Below are positions 41,364-50,240 of a stretch of DNA of 64,000 bases, piece by piece; the first letter of the stretch is position 1; the number at the start of each line of letters is the position of its first letter. Source of the DNA: Leptolyngbyaceae cyanobacterium (GTDB lineage: Bacteria > Cyanobacteriota > Cyanobacteriia > Phormidesmidales > Phormidesmidaceae); the NCBI GenBank assembly GCA_965263355.1, contig CBDHHL010000056.1, positions 832,001-896,000 of the forward strand, written 5' to 3'. The position numbers and the translations under genes are program-made. Under the pieces are notes generated by a model. That model saw nothing but the letters and a program-made list of their open reading frames with translations. It did not search any database and was not told where the DNA came from.

Positions 41364-41942
41364 TCAGACCGTAAACAACCAACGCTTAAACCAACGGGTG
41401 AGGCGTGGCATGATGACATAGGACAAGAGAATGACAGTAATGGCCACACTGACTGCTACCCGCAGTAGCCAGGGTAAATGTTGCAGTATGGGAGCGAGTA
41501 AAGGATGTACCAACAGGGAAACAAGCATCACTGCTATCCAAACTAAAATAGCCTGTTTATAGCGCTTGGGTGGAGGCTTCGACATGGGCTCAGCTGAACG
41601 GGGCGCAGCTTGTTTGGGGAGTTGAAACCAGGACTCTAGCCCCGTCAAAACCTGTACCGATTCTTGTTCCTGAATCAACGGTTGGACTCGCTCAATCCAG
41701 CCTTTGCGGACATCGGAGTTGAGCCAGTCATTAAGATGGGGACAGGAGTCAAACTGGAGCACAATCACGTAGTCAGATGATTCGCCACCAGGCTGGGGGC
41801 GCAGGATGCTTACCCCCAAATGGCCCTGAAACTGTCGAGCATCAGCGGCGATGCCCTTGATCCATTCTTCATATCCTTCTGTGCGCCCCGATCTCACCCG
41901 ATGGGTAATCACAGCGGTTACATGTTGGCTTTTATCGGTCAT
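41364..41942 (-). CDS. Antibiotic biosynthesis monooxygenase (ABM) domain membrane protein
   Basis: VTAVITHRV...YEEW...FQGHLG...WLNSDVR, TGLESWF, PPKRYKQA + 2 TM; likely ATG 41942. Confidence 0.85.
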   Translation of the reverse strand: MTDKSQHVTAVITHRVRSGRTEGYEEWIKGIAADARQFQGHLGVSILRPQPGGESSDYVIVLQFDSCPHLNDWLNSDVRKGWIERVQPLIQEQESVQVLTGLESWFQLPKQAAPRSAEPMSKPPPKRYKQAILVWIAVMLVSLLVHPLLAPILQHLPWLLRVAVSVAITVILLSYVIMPRLTRWFKRWLFTV

Positions 41943-42030
41943 GGTGCGATGGAACAAGCGCTGACTAGTCAGTTCGCGATCAGAATTAGCAGTTGTATTC
42001 GCTAAGTCTATAGCATTTATTCAGGCGCAG

Positions 42031-42101
42031 GGGTATCCACCTCAAACAGAACATTCTATGGCCCTCATACCATCAGATTTTTTCGTCTTGAGTGGATACC
42101 C
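42031..42101. other. Long-loop intergenic inverted repeat (terminator or mRNA-stabilising stem)
   Basis: gggtatccac(c)tcaa ... ttgagtggataccc. Confidence 0.55.
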
Positions 42102-42108
42102 AATCGAC

Positions 42109-42738
42109 TTACTGGCCAGTACGCGCAAAGTAGCTAGTCATTAGTCCTCGGTAAAGAGGAATATGATTAGACAACATAGCCCCCAGCCCTTCAATATCGT
42201 TGCGCCAATCACGGTGTAGTTCGCAGGCAACCGCAAACCAGTTCAGCAACTGAACACCCGCTGCGCTCATACGTTCCCAGGCCGCTGCCCGTACAGTTTC
42301 ATCGAACGTGCCAGATGCGTCGGTAACAACAAATACATCAAACCCAGCTTCGATGGCGGACAGCGCTACGAATGCTACACACACATCGGTCACAATCCCA
42401 GCAATGATCAGCTGCTTCTTACCAGTGGCTTTTACGGCTGCTACAAAATCGTCATTATCCCAAGCATTGATCTGACCGGGTCGGGCAATATAAGGCGCAT
42501 CGGGAAACATCTCTTTTAGCTCTGGAACAATGGGACCGTTAGGACCTTGCTCAAAGCTGGTGGTCAAAATAGTAGGTAGGTTAAAGAATTTGGCAATATC
42601 AGCCAATGCCAAGATGTTGTTTTTGAATTCATTAGGGGGATAGTCTTGCACAAGAGAGACTAGCCCAGCCTGATGATCCACCATAAGTACAGCGGCATCA
42701 TCTTTGTTCAAGCGATTGTAGTGATAAGGGGTCGTCAT
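42109..42738 (-). CDS. ycaC: Isochorismatase-family cysteine hydrolase YcaC
   Basis: LMVDHQAGL, LTTSFEQGPNGP, RPGQINAWDN, TDVCVAF, ELHRDWR; start at ATG 42738 after AGGAAAG. Confidence 0.93.
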   Translation of the reverse strand: MTTPYHYNRLNKDDAAVLMVDHQAGLVSLVQDYPPNEFKNNILALADIAKFFNLPTILTTSFEQGPNGPIVPELKEMFPDAPYIARPGQINAWDNDDFVAAVKATGKKQLIIAGIVTDVCVAFVALSAIEAGFDVFVVTDASGTFDETVRAAAWERMSAAGVQLLNWFAVACELHRDWRNDIEGLGAMLSNHIPLYRGLMTSYFARTGQ

Positions 42739-43256
42739 GATTACTTTCCTAGCTGAAATACCAACAGATGAGTTATTACGAGGCTGATTTTTGTCTCTGC
42801 CGCCCTTTGACTTAGCAAGCGGTGAGCCAAATTCGAGGACATCAAAATTATCACCCGAATCAAAAAATAAGACAATATCCATTTTAGAATTCATATTGTC
42901 GCCTTATTCGATACAATTCACCTATGGATGTGTCATCTTAAGGGACCTCTTCCGGCGGAAGTACAAGCCTTCGGCACAGTGCTTTGGAGATGCTAAATAC
43001 CCTGACACAAAGTATATCCTTACAAGGTTATGCAGTAAGAGTGTACAGAGAGTCTTGGATAGAGCTGACTGAGTCCCCCTGGTTGCAGAATAAAACGCCG
43101 CAACAAATGGCAGGTCGCAGCATCGCTCTGATATCCTATGAAATCTCTTTAATCCTGATAAAATAATAGGCCGTACAATCTTGATAGATCTTCTCGAATG
43201 TTGCTCTGGCTTTGAAGATCTTGCTTTGTTCATCCGGAAATTGTTTCCTGCTCACG

Positions 43257-43310
43257 CTATCCGACGCAGAAAGGACAGGTGCTCCGTATATAAATTTCAA
43301 CGTTAGCAAT
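43257..43310 (-). pseudogene. grxC: Truncated glutaredoxin 3 remnant
   Basis: AAGGAG SD, then ATT GCT AAC GTT GAA ATT TAT ATA CGG AGC ACC TGT CCT TTC TGC GTC GGA TAG = (I)ANVEIYIRSTCPFCVG*, the Grx3 N-terminus with its CPFC site; I did not find the rest of the gene. Confidence 0.75.
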
Positions 43311-43352
43311 AACTTATATCTCCTTGTGAGGGTGTGTAGTTAAATGTTTTTT

Positions 43353-43378
43353 TAGGGGCAGGTCTTGTGCCTGCCCTA
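43353..43378 (+). repeat. REP-like hairpin taggggcagg-tcttgtg-cctgcccta
   Basis: Related to the other (G)TAGGGGC elements in the window. Confidence 0.65.
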
Positions 43379-43423
43379 GGATACTGAATGCTGATGAGAG
43401 ATTTTTGAATGGGGGTGCGATCG

Positions 43424-44080
43424 CTAAGTAGGCAAATGCCCAGTCTTTACATAGATCAGACAACCCTCATCACTAAACGGAGTATGGACGCTGTCAGGGG
43501 GATTTCGTAGCCAGGTGCCCTTGGGATAAACACCATGCTCATCGGCGAACGTACCTTCGAGCACAAAGATTTCTTCGCCGCCCCAGTGACGATGGGGTTG
43601 AAACTGAGTCCCCGGTGCCCACTTCACCAGTGCTACCTGTTCAGTGCCATAGGCATGTAACGGCAAAACCTGTAGCCCCTCCACTAATCCAGGAGCCCAA
43701 CCAGCCTGGTTCGTGTTAACGGTCACCTGTTGTTGATCCTGGGGATCCATTTGTCGCAGCTTGACCAGAATTGTTGCCCCCTCTTTGCTATAGGGCGTAT
43801 GGCTGGAACCCACAGGATTACGGACGTATGTACCCGTGCCAAAGTCACCGTGCTCATCGGAGAACACCCCCTCCAACACCAGATATTCTTCGCCGCCCCC
43901 ATGGGTATGGGCTGAGAAGTAACTGTTAGGGGCATAGCGAACAATGGATGTTGCCCGTGCCACTTCTTCTCCATCCCGCTCCAGCATGCGGCGTTGCACA
44001 CCGGGCATAGGGGAATCAACCCAAGGGAGATCGTGGCTAAATACAACAGCGCGTTGATTTAGATCGGCATGAATTTTCAT
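43424..44080 (-). CDS. ChrR-like double cupin protein
   Basis: GVQRRMLERDGEEVARATSIVRY, HTHGGGEE, HRHWGGEEIFVLEG. Confidence 0.9.
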   Translation of the reverse strand: MKIHADLNQRAVVFSHDLPWVDSPMPGVQRRMLERDGEEVARATSIVRYAPNSYFSAHTHGGGEEYLVLEGVFSDEHGDFGTGTYVRNPVGSSHTPYSKEGATILVKLRQMDPQDQQQVTVNTNQAGWAPGLVEGLQVLPLHAYGTEQVALVKWAPGTQFQPHRHWGGEEIFVLEGTFADEHGVYPKGTWLRNPPDSVHTPFSDEGCLIYVKTGHLPT

Positions 44081-44094
44081 GGCATAAACCTCTT

Positions 44095-44877
44095 TTAGTT
44101 GTACTGATTACGTCCGGCCATAACGCCACCGTCAACGTCCCAAACCGCACCGGTAACCCAAGCCGCATGCTTAGAAAGAAGAAAAACAATGGCCTGAGCC
44201 ACCTCTTCTGGGGTACCCACACGACCAATAGGGTGGAATGAATTAAAGCCCTGTAACGCCCCATGCACCTCATCCTTGGGAATAAATCCTTCATAAATCG
44301 GTGTTTCGACTACCGCTGGAGATACGGCATTCACACGGATGTTTTTGTCGGCCAGCTCCATAGCTAGATGTTGGGTGAGGGAATGGAGCCCTGCTTTTGC
44401 CATGGAATAGGCGGAGGAGGGGGTAGCCTGTACCGCTTGCTTGGCCCACATAGAACCGACATTAACGATTGCGCCACCTTGCCCCTGTTCGACCATAGTC
44501 TTCGCCACTGTTTGAGTCAGGAAAAAGGTGGCTTTGTTGAGGTCGAGATATAGGTCATAGTCTGCTTCGGTATGGTCTAAGAATGCTTTGGGTAAAAAGA
44601 CCCCAGCTGCGTTAACCAGCAGTGTAGCATCGGCATATTTGGTGGAAAGACGCTCGCTAAGTACCCGGCGATCGTCTGGGTGGGTGATATCTGCTTGCTC
44701 ACCCACCACAGGGCCATAGGGTTCCAACTCTTTGACCGCCGCCCAGAGCTTTTCAGCCCGTCGACCAATTAGAACAGCAGAGCCTCCTCCTTGTAAAACA
44801 AGCTGGGCTACGCTTTTGCCCATACCGCTGGTACCACCGATAACAATGAGCTTTTGTCCTTCAAATTGCTGAGCCAT
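44095..44877 (-). CDS. SDR oxidoreductase
   Basis: GGTSGMG, NAAG, YSMAK, RVNAVSP, VDGG. Confidence 0.93.
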   Translation of the reverse strand: MAQQFEGQKLIVIGGTSGMGKSVAQLVLQGGGSAVLIGRRAEKLWAAVKELEPYGPVVGEQADITHPDDRRVLSERLSTKYADATLLVNAAGVFLPKAFLDHTEADYDLYLDLNKATFFLTQTVAKTMVEQGQGGAIVNVGSMWAKQAVQATPSSAYSMAKAGLHSLTQHLAMELADKNIRVNAVSPAVVETPIYEGFIPKDEVHGALQGFNSFHPIGRVGTPEEVAQAIVFLLSKHAAWVTGAVWDVDGGVMAGRNQYN

Positions 44878-44911
44878 GGGATTTCTCCTTAAATTTAGAA
44901 AATCTTGAATT

Positions 44912-44927
44912 TACCTATTAGTAGGTA
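44912..44927. promoter_or_regulatory. Probable TetR operator TACCTATTAGTAGGTA
   Basis: 1 mismatch to the palindrome TACCTACTAGTAGGTA; ~35 nt upstream of the SDR start. Confidence 0.7.
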
Positions 44928-44945
44928 GGTAAATGGGCAAAAAAA

Positions 44946-45518
44946 TTATCTACCAATGTAGATAGTTGCTAAAAGCGGCTTAGCAATGCCATCAAAGGTT
45001 GCTTCGCTGTCTTCCGCCGTGCGGGCAATAAGTTGTGCCCCCTGGACGGTGGCTAACAAGAGTGATGCCTCAGTTTCAGGAGAAATGCGTGGTTGAAGGC
45101 AACCTGCCGCTTCTCCTGCTGCCAAAACATCTTTTAGCCAGATTTGCGTCTCTGAAAGAAACAGTCTGACCTCCTGCTGAACAGCCTCAGACAGTACTTC
45201 GCTTTCAGCTGACAGCATGCCACATAGACACATCTGGCATTCGCTGAGGCCATCCCGATAAAGACCGACAAACGCTTGTAGTTGCTTTTGGGGGTCGGTC
45301 TCTGATCGCTCAATGCCTTTGAGCCTTTGCTGAAAAGCATTGCGGTATCGCTTAACCAGCTCCCTACCGAGTGCTTCCTTTGACGGGAAGTGATAGTGAA
45401 TGCTGGCTTTGCGAATACCCACTTGCTTTGAGATATCGGCGTAGCTAAAGGCGCTATACCCTCGACGACGCACGAGACCTTGAGCAACATCTAAAATTTG
45501 TTGAGCGGTTTCCTTCAT
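44946..45518 (-). CDS. TetR family regulator (NemR/ComR-like, Cys-containing)
   Basis: HTH FSYADISKQVGIRKASIHYHFPSKE; C-terminal CQMCLCG. Confidence 0.93.
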   Translation of the reverse strand: MKETAQQILDVAQGLVRRRGYSAFSYADISKQVGIRKASIHYHFPSKEALGRELVKRYRNAFQQRLKGIERSETDPQKQLQAFVGLYRDGLSECQMCLCGMLSAESEVLSEAVQQEVRLFLSETQIWLKDVLAAGEAAGCLQPRISPETEASLLLATVQGAQLIARTAEDSEATFDGIAKPLLATIYIGR

Positions 45519-45524
45519 GAATCA

Positions 45525-45554
45525 ATTATTTACCTACTAGATGGTAGATGTCAA
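45525..45554 (-). promoter_or_regulatory. tetR promoter TTGACA-N18-AATAAT with operator TACCTACTAGATGGTA (45531-45546) in the spacer
   Basis: Consensus -35 at 45554-45549, -10 at 45530-45525, ATG starting 7 nt downstream, no SD. Confidence 0.7.
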
Positions 45555-45617
45555 CCCCCAACGAATCTTTTATACCTCTCTTGCACGAAATCTTGACTGA
45601 TAGCGCTTGGTATCGAA

Positions 45618-45643
45618 GGGCATCCACAAGGGAGTGCCCCTAC
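45618..45643 (-). repeat. GTAG REP-like element gtaggggcactcccttgtggatgccc
   Basis: Shares taggggca....cttgtg..tgccc with the copy at 43353, in opposite orientation. Confidence 0.7.
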
Positions 45644-45685
45644 AGGATTTTTTTGTACCCAGGTTTAAAGAATTCGGAGTTGGTA

Positions 45686-45892
45686 TTACTCCTTAGGGGC
45701 TCTTTCTGTTGCCTCAAATCCAGCTTTTGCGTGGCCCCCGTCGCAAAAGGGTTTGTTGGCCGATGCACCACAACGACAAAGGGCAACTTGGTCTTGGGCA
45801 GGGTAGGATTGCTTATCCCCATCAACCATTGAGAATTCACCCTTAACGATTAAAGGGCCATTATCTAAAACAAAAATTTCAGTATTAGCCAT
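45686..45892 (-). CDS. CDGSH iron-sulfur (NEET-type) domain protein
   Basis: NGPLIVKG, ALCRCGASANKPFCDGGH. Confidence 0.92.
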   Translation of the reverse strand: MANTEIFVLDNGPLIVKGEFSMVDGDKQSYPAQDQVALCRCGASANKPFCDGGHAKAGFEATERAPKE

Positions 45893-46156
45893 GGTTCTTA
45901 TTTTTGATAGTTAGTCAACAGATACCTGCTGCACGTTCAAATGTCAGTTATTAGGTATCTACGGATATTATTGTGAACCGCATCCCAAAAAAAGACAATA
46001 GCGTTTATCATCTACGCATTGTCATCTATAAAGTGACAATCATTTAATTAACCATTAGCCACAATGACTAAGTCTTTTGATAGTTTTTCCGGTAAGCATT
46101 GGGTGTAGCACCAATGGCGTTTTGAGTTAATCGGCATAAACATCCCTGTCAACCTA

Positions 46157-46204
46157 TTGTGTGCGGCATCGAGCTATTGTTTTCTACCACCCTGCCGCAC
46201 ACAA
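46157..46204. terminator. Stem-loop downstream of the biosynthetic cluster
   Basis: ttgtgtgcggca ... tgccgcacacaa, 12 bp inverted repeat ~40 nt after the MBL stop. Confidence 0.55.
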
Positions 46205-46245
46205 GTTCGACCGATGGTCCGCTGCAGTGAATACGGTAGCCGTTG

Positions 46246-47658
46246 CTAAAGCTTAACTAGTGTGCGCTCATCAGCATTTGTATCCATTGGGGTGTCTATT
46301 TTCCAGGTTTCAATCTCTACATCTCTCATCACACTCTCGATCTCTTCATTAGCATATCGGTGCATTAATGGATCTGAAATGGGAATTTGGTAGGCATGGG
46401 GCTGAAACAAACCATAGGGGGTGACACGATAAATCTTGTCGAAGTTGCGATAGTATCCACCCAGATCCACATAGTCCCATCCATTACGCTTCTGCAACAA
46501 TCCGTACAATGCTGAAGCTGTTATGCAGGCAAATAGATTGGAGAGAGGATTCCGTCCTTTCTGGGCAGTCAAGGGGGTCTGAGAGAAATCAATAAACCAC
46601 TGTTTCACACCATCTGGGAAGACAATATTTAGTTGGTAAACAATATTCCAACGAAAATGTTCCCGAAAGAGAGAATAACGCAATTCTTGAATAAAGGTGA
46701 CTAAATCATTTGCGATCGCATCCTCAATCGCTTCACTCATTAGTTTAATGTCATAGTTCTCAGGGTTGCCATCGACCAATTTGTCGGCAATGGCTACGGG
46801 ATAGAAATCTAACTCATTGCGATCGTCTCTGATCTGTTTAACAAAGGAGCAACCACCGGTTTGATGGTTATAGTTAGTCTGATCAAATTCAATCGAATCA
46901 CCAGGCTCTAACGGAAAGACCTTATCCTCCAAATCAGGACAAATATGTTGCACATCTTGGCAAAACTTCTCCCGAGTAACCGGAAAAACAATCTGATTCA
47001 AAAATGCACTACCATTCACATACTTAAAGGCATTGGCCCCTGGAGAAATTGCTTTAGGGTTAATCAGACTAATGTTGTATAGCAGCTGGCCATACTGATC
47101 ATAGGGAAATGCCAGACTCCTATTGTACTGATAGTTGCACTCCATCATGGGCTGCCAAGTAGCCAACAAAAAGTCAATTTGAGGATACTGGCCCAGAATA
47201 AAGGCAGTTGTATCAAGGCTCAATTCTGTATCTACGCAATTCCAGAAAACCCCTGACTCATCCTGTAGTAAAACACCAAACTCAGGTACGCGATTTTCAC
47301 TTCGGGTTGACAGGAAGTTGGTCGAACCACCAATTTCTAATTCTTGAAATTCATCAATGGCGTATATTTTCTTGTAGCCCAACTTTTTTAATGAGCCCTC
47401 GATCAATTCATCCCTGGGAATAATTACTTCCACGGTTTTAGGCAGATGGGCAAGGGAACGAATATCAAAATGATCTAAATGTTTGTGAGAGATTATAAGA
47501 ATGTCAAAATCCGGGATGTTGTCAATCAGGACATCGCGTTTAGGGCAGACATCTAAAATGCCCTCTTGATGAGGATCCCAAAGGACAGGATCCATCATAA
47601 ATTTAGCATCTTGAGTTTCGATAAAAATAGACGCATGACCAATCATGTCAATTTTCAT
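46246..47658 (-). CDS. Metallo-beta-lactamase-fold metalloenzyme with C-terminal extension
   Basis: IGHASIFIET...DP, SHKHLDHFD (HxHxDH); GGAGG SD. Confidence 0.85.
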   Translation of the reverse strand: MKIDMIGHASIFIETQDAKFMMDPVLWDPHQEGILDVCPKRDVLIDNIPDFDILIISHKHLDHFDIRSLAHLPKTVEVIIPRDELIEGSLKKLGYKKIYAIDEFQELEIGGSTNFLSTRSENRVPEFGVLLQDESGVFWNCVDTELSLDTTAFILGQYPQIDFLLATWQPMMECNYQYNRSLAFPYDQYGQLLYNISLINPKAISPGANAFKYVNGSAFLNQIVFPVTREKFCQDVQHICPDLEDKVFPLEPGDSIEFDQTNYNHQTGGCSFVKQIRDDRNELDFYPVAIADKLVDGNPENYDIKLMSEAIEDAIANDLVTFIQELRYSLFREHFRWNIVYQLNIVFPDGVKQWFIDFSQTPLTAQKGRNPLSNLFACITASALYGLLQKRNGWDYVDLGGYYRNFDKIYRVTPYGLFQPHAYQIPISDPLMHRYANEEIESVMRDVEIETWKIDTPMDTNADERTLVKL

Positions 47659-47768
47659 AATTTTTTACCTCCTAAAAAACGTGAGTTGAATCTGAATCAG
47701 ATTGCGTGATTAAGTAAAGTCAGTTGTAAATCAATGTAGAATTCTGGCCGAAAACATGCTCATCTAAA

Positions 47769-48641
47769 CTAGGCTGTGGTCGCTGTTTTCTCTAGGGTTA
47801 GCCTAGCCGCACTAATCTCAGGCATATAGGTTTGAACAACATTGTCTAGAAGGCTATCTTGGCCTTCTACCAGGGCATACTCAGCCGCTACATGATCAAT
47901 ATTGGACGCATTGATGAAATTTTCGGTCAGCGAGATTCCGGCCTCCAGATTTCTCACTTGATGCCACCATTGGCTGGGGGTGAACATAAGGTCACCAGCT
48001 TCCTGAATACAGGTATAGCCTTCAACATTTCTATATTGTGGACAGACCTCTAAATCCACATTAAAACCATCGATAGAGCCACCATTGAGATTATCCGTTT
48101 CATTGGCTGGATAAAACAACCACTCTTTTTTTCCACTCAACACAGCATTCCATGCTGACGTGCCCATTACATCACGATGCATGGGAGAACTCGTATTTTT
48201 AGCCCCAATATACATCCAGCGCAGGCTGTAGTCAGCGGCTTCACCTTGGAATAACTCTGGAGGTATCCGTCTCACCCAATTTTCAAAGTAATCGGGCACC
48301 GTATAGTCATCCAACAGCTCAGGGTAATCGCTACTAAATGTCCAGTCTGCTAAATAGTAAGGAGGCGTATCTTGGGTATTTTTTGCGTAGTCCAGATATT
48401 CAGCCAGCAAAAAATTTCGTTTATCCTCTCGATTCTTACCTCGACTGGCCACAACCTGGGTTTGACCATATCGTTGAACAAACTCTTGTCCAGTCCATTT
48501 CTGATAAGCAGGCCATTGTTTTGCCACACCACGAATCACTACCGGCTTACTCTTCAAGAGATAGTGATTGATAATTGTTGGGAAATCAGCTTTTTCTAAA
48601 ACATCAACAGGTTGTAGGGTAGGATAATTAGTCAAGTTCAT
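47769..48641 (-). CDS. JmjC/cupin-like Fe(II)/2-oxoglutarate dioxygenase
   Basis: KPVVIRG...WPAYQKW, PMHRD...SGKKEW...PSQWWHQVRN (HxD...H triad). Confidence 0.9.
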   Translation of the reverse strand: MNLTNYPTLQPVDVLEKADFPTIINHYLLKSKPVVIRGVAKQWPAYQKWTGQEFVQRYGQTQVVASRGKNREDKRNFLLAEYLDYAKNTQDTPPYYLADWTFSSDYPELLDDYTVPDYFENWVRRIPPELFQGEAADYSLRWMYIGAKNTSSPMHRDVMGTSAWNAVLSGKKEWLFYPANETDNLNGGSIDGFNVDLEVCPQYRNVEGYTCIQEAGDLMFTPSQWWHQVRNLEAGISLTENFINASNIDHVAAEYALVEGQDSLLDNVVQTYMPEISAARLTLEKTATTA

Positions 48642-48737
48642 ATCAGTAGATTTCCATCTTTATAAAAAATTACGGCTTTTCTAAGCTTGGGTGTGTAAGG
48701 GCATGCTTGCAAGGAGTTAAAAACATTTGAATCAATA

Positions 48738-50072
48738 TCACGAATTCTCACCTGTTGCAGTATCTTGCTCAACTTGCAATAAGGGAGCATGGCGATAGGC
48801 AATAGATGCAGTCATTATGGATAATCCGCCCATAATGATGAACATCAAGCCAATGCCTCGACCTGGCCCGGTTCCAATAATCTGGCCGACCCCCTCCGAC
48901 CAAGGGCCTTCAAACTCCATGGCAGGCTCTAGGATTAAGTCTACGACTGAGCCAGATGATATAGCAGTGATTGTGGCTACCGACGTGATAGCGTTGTTTA
49001 GGGCAAACACCCGGCCTTGTAATTCTGGTGCAACATATTTCTGAAAAATAACTTGAATAGAGCCATCGACAAGTGGTAACGTTGCAAGAAAAAGAAAAGC
49101 GGCCACTGCGATTAGAATTAAGGACGGTCTGACTCCGCTAGCAATTGCTTCCAATCCTCCTAAAAACATACAACCACAAATCACTGGAACTAGGCGCTCC
49201 TGACGGCTTACCCAAGTACCCATCAAAATGCCGCCCACAACTGTCCCTAACTCTGCTGTCGAGATCACAAAACCCAGGGTTTCAGTAGTGGTTAAGTTTA
49301 AAATCAGGGGAACGAACAAAATCGTTCCTACAGTCGATATGAATGCATAAACGGCTCGTACAGTAATTAAACTGAATAACCCGGTTTGGTTAACCAAGTA
49401 AGTCCATCCCTGCTTAATCGGTTGAATAAATGAATTGTTTTCACTATCTACTTCAGGCAAGGACACCTGTAGCTCTGGAATTTGGATGAGTAGAATTGGA
49501 ATAATACCGATTAGAAAGCTAACACAGTTAACCAATAGAATGCCTTGGATCTGGATGATGGTTAGGAGTAATCCAGCTGCCACTGGAGCCCCGAGCTGTG
49601 CGATCGCATCTCCCACACGAGTTAAACCACTGGCCCGGGCTAAATCTTTCGGTTCAACTAATAAGCTAACTGCAGACTTAAATGATAGGCTTTCAAATTC
49701 TGTAAATATGGCACTTAAGCACGTAAAGAGATATATGTGCCATATCTTTAAGGAACCGGTAATGAACAGGACAGCCATGGCCAAAAAGCACGACGCAGAG
49801 CCAATTTCGGAAATAACAATTATCCATCGACGGGACCAACGATCAACAACGACACCTGATAGGGGTGCCAGGAAAAAGGTTGGTAATGTTATGAATAAGA
49901 TACCAAGGGTATAAAAGTTAACCGACTCTGTAGTTTGAAGAATCCAAATATCCAGAGCAAATCTTGCCAGACAGTCGCCGATGGTGGAGACCATAGATCC
50001 TAGCCATAGGAAAACAAATGTATTCATTCCCCTTGCTGCTGGTTTTTCGGTGATGATTGATGATTGGCCCAT
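48738..50072 (-). CDS. MFS transporter (probable exporter)
   Basis: Multiple TM segments, GVVVDRWSRR motif A, ELQGRVFA, GTGPGRGIGLMF. Confidence 0.92.
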   Translation of the reverse strand: MGQSSIITEKPAARGMNTFVFLWLGSMVSTIGDCLARFALDIWILQTTESVNFYTLGILFITLPTFFLAPLSGVVVDRWSRRWIIVISEIGSASCFLAMAVLFITGSLKIWHIYLFTCLSAIFTEFESLSFKSAVSLLVEPKDLARASGLTRVGDAIAQLGAPVAAGLLLTIIQIQGILLVNCVSFLIGIIPILLIQIPELQVSLPEVDSENNSFIQPIKQGWTYLVNQTGLFSLITVRAVYAFISTVGTILFVPLILNLTTTETLGFVISTAELGTVVGGILMGTWVSRQERLVPVICGCMFLGGLEAIASGVRPSLILIAVAAFLFLATLPLVDGSIQVIFQKYVAPELQGRVFALNNAITSVATITAISSGSVVDLILEPAMEFEGPWSEGVGQIIGTGPGRGIGLMFIIMGGLSIMTASIAYRHAPLLQVEQDTATGENS

Positions 50073-50240
50073 AATTTCCTTAAACTAAGAGCAAAGAGTG
50101 AATACGTCCTCATGCTCATTTTCCCTAACTTATCTAACGTCACCTAATAGTCAGCAACTACAAATCAGCATTCATAATGATTGAGCAATTTTCCTGTCAG
50201 GGATATACCTAATTCAAGATTCCTCATAACTATTCAGCCT

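Noticed and set aside
41961..41972. Palindrome ctgactagtcag as a third TetR operator
   Set aside because: Shares only the ACTAGT core; flanks do not match the other two sites
42739..42894. 52 aa N-terminal extension of YcaC
   Set aside because: An SD sits directly before ATG 42738, where family similarity begins
42791..43233. Three overlapping short ORFs (93, 103 and 60 aa)
   Set aside because: No recognisable motifs; mutually overlapping in a disrupted region
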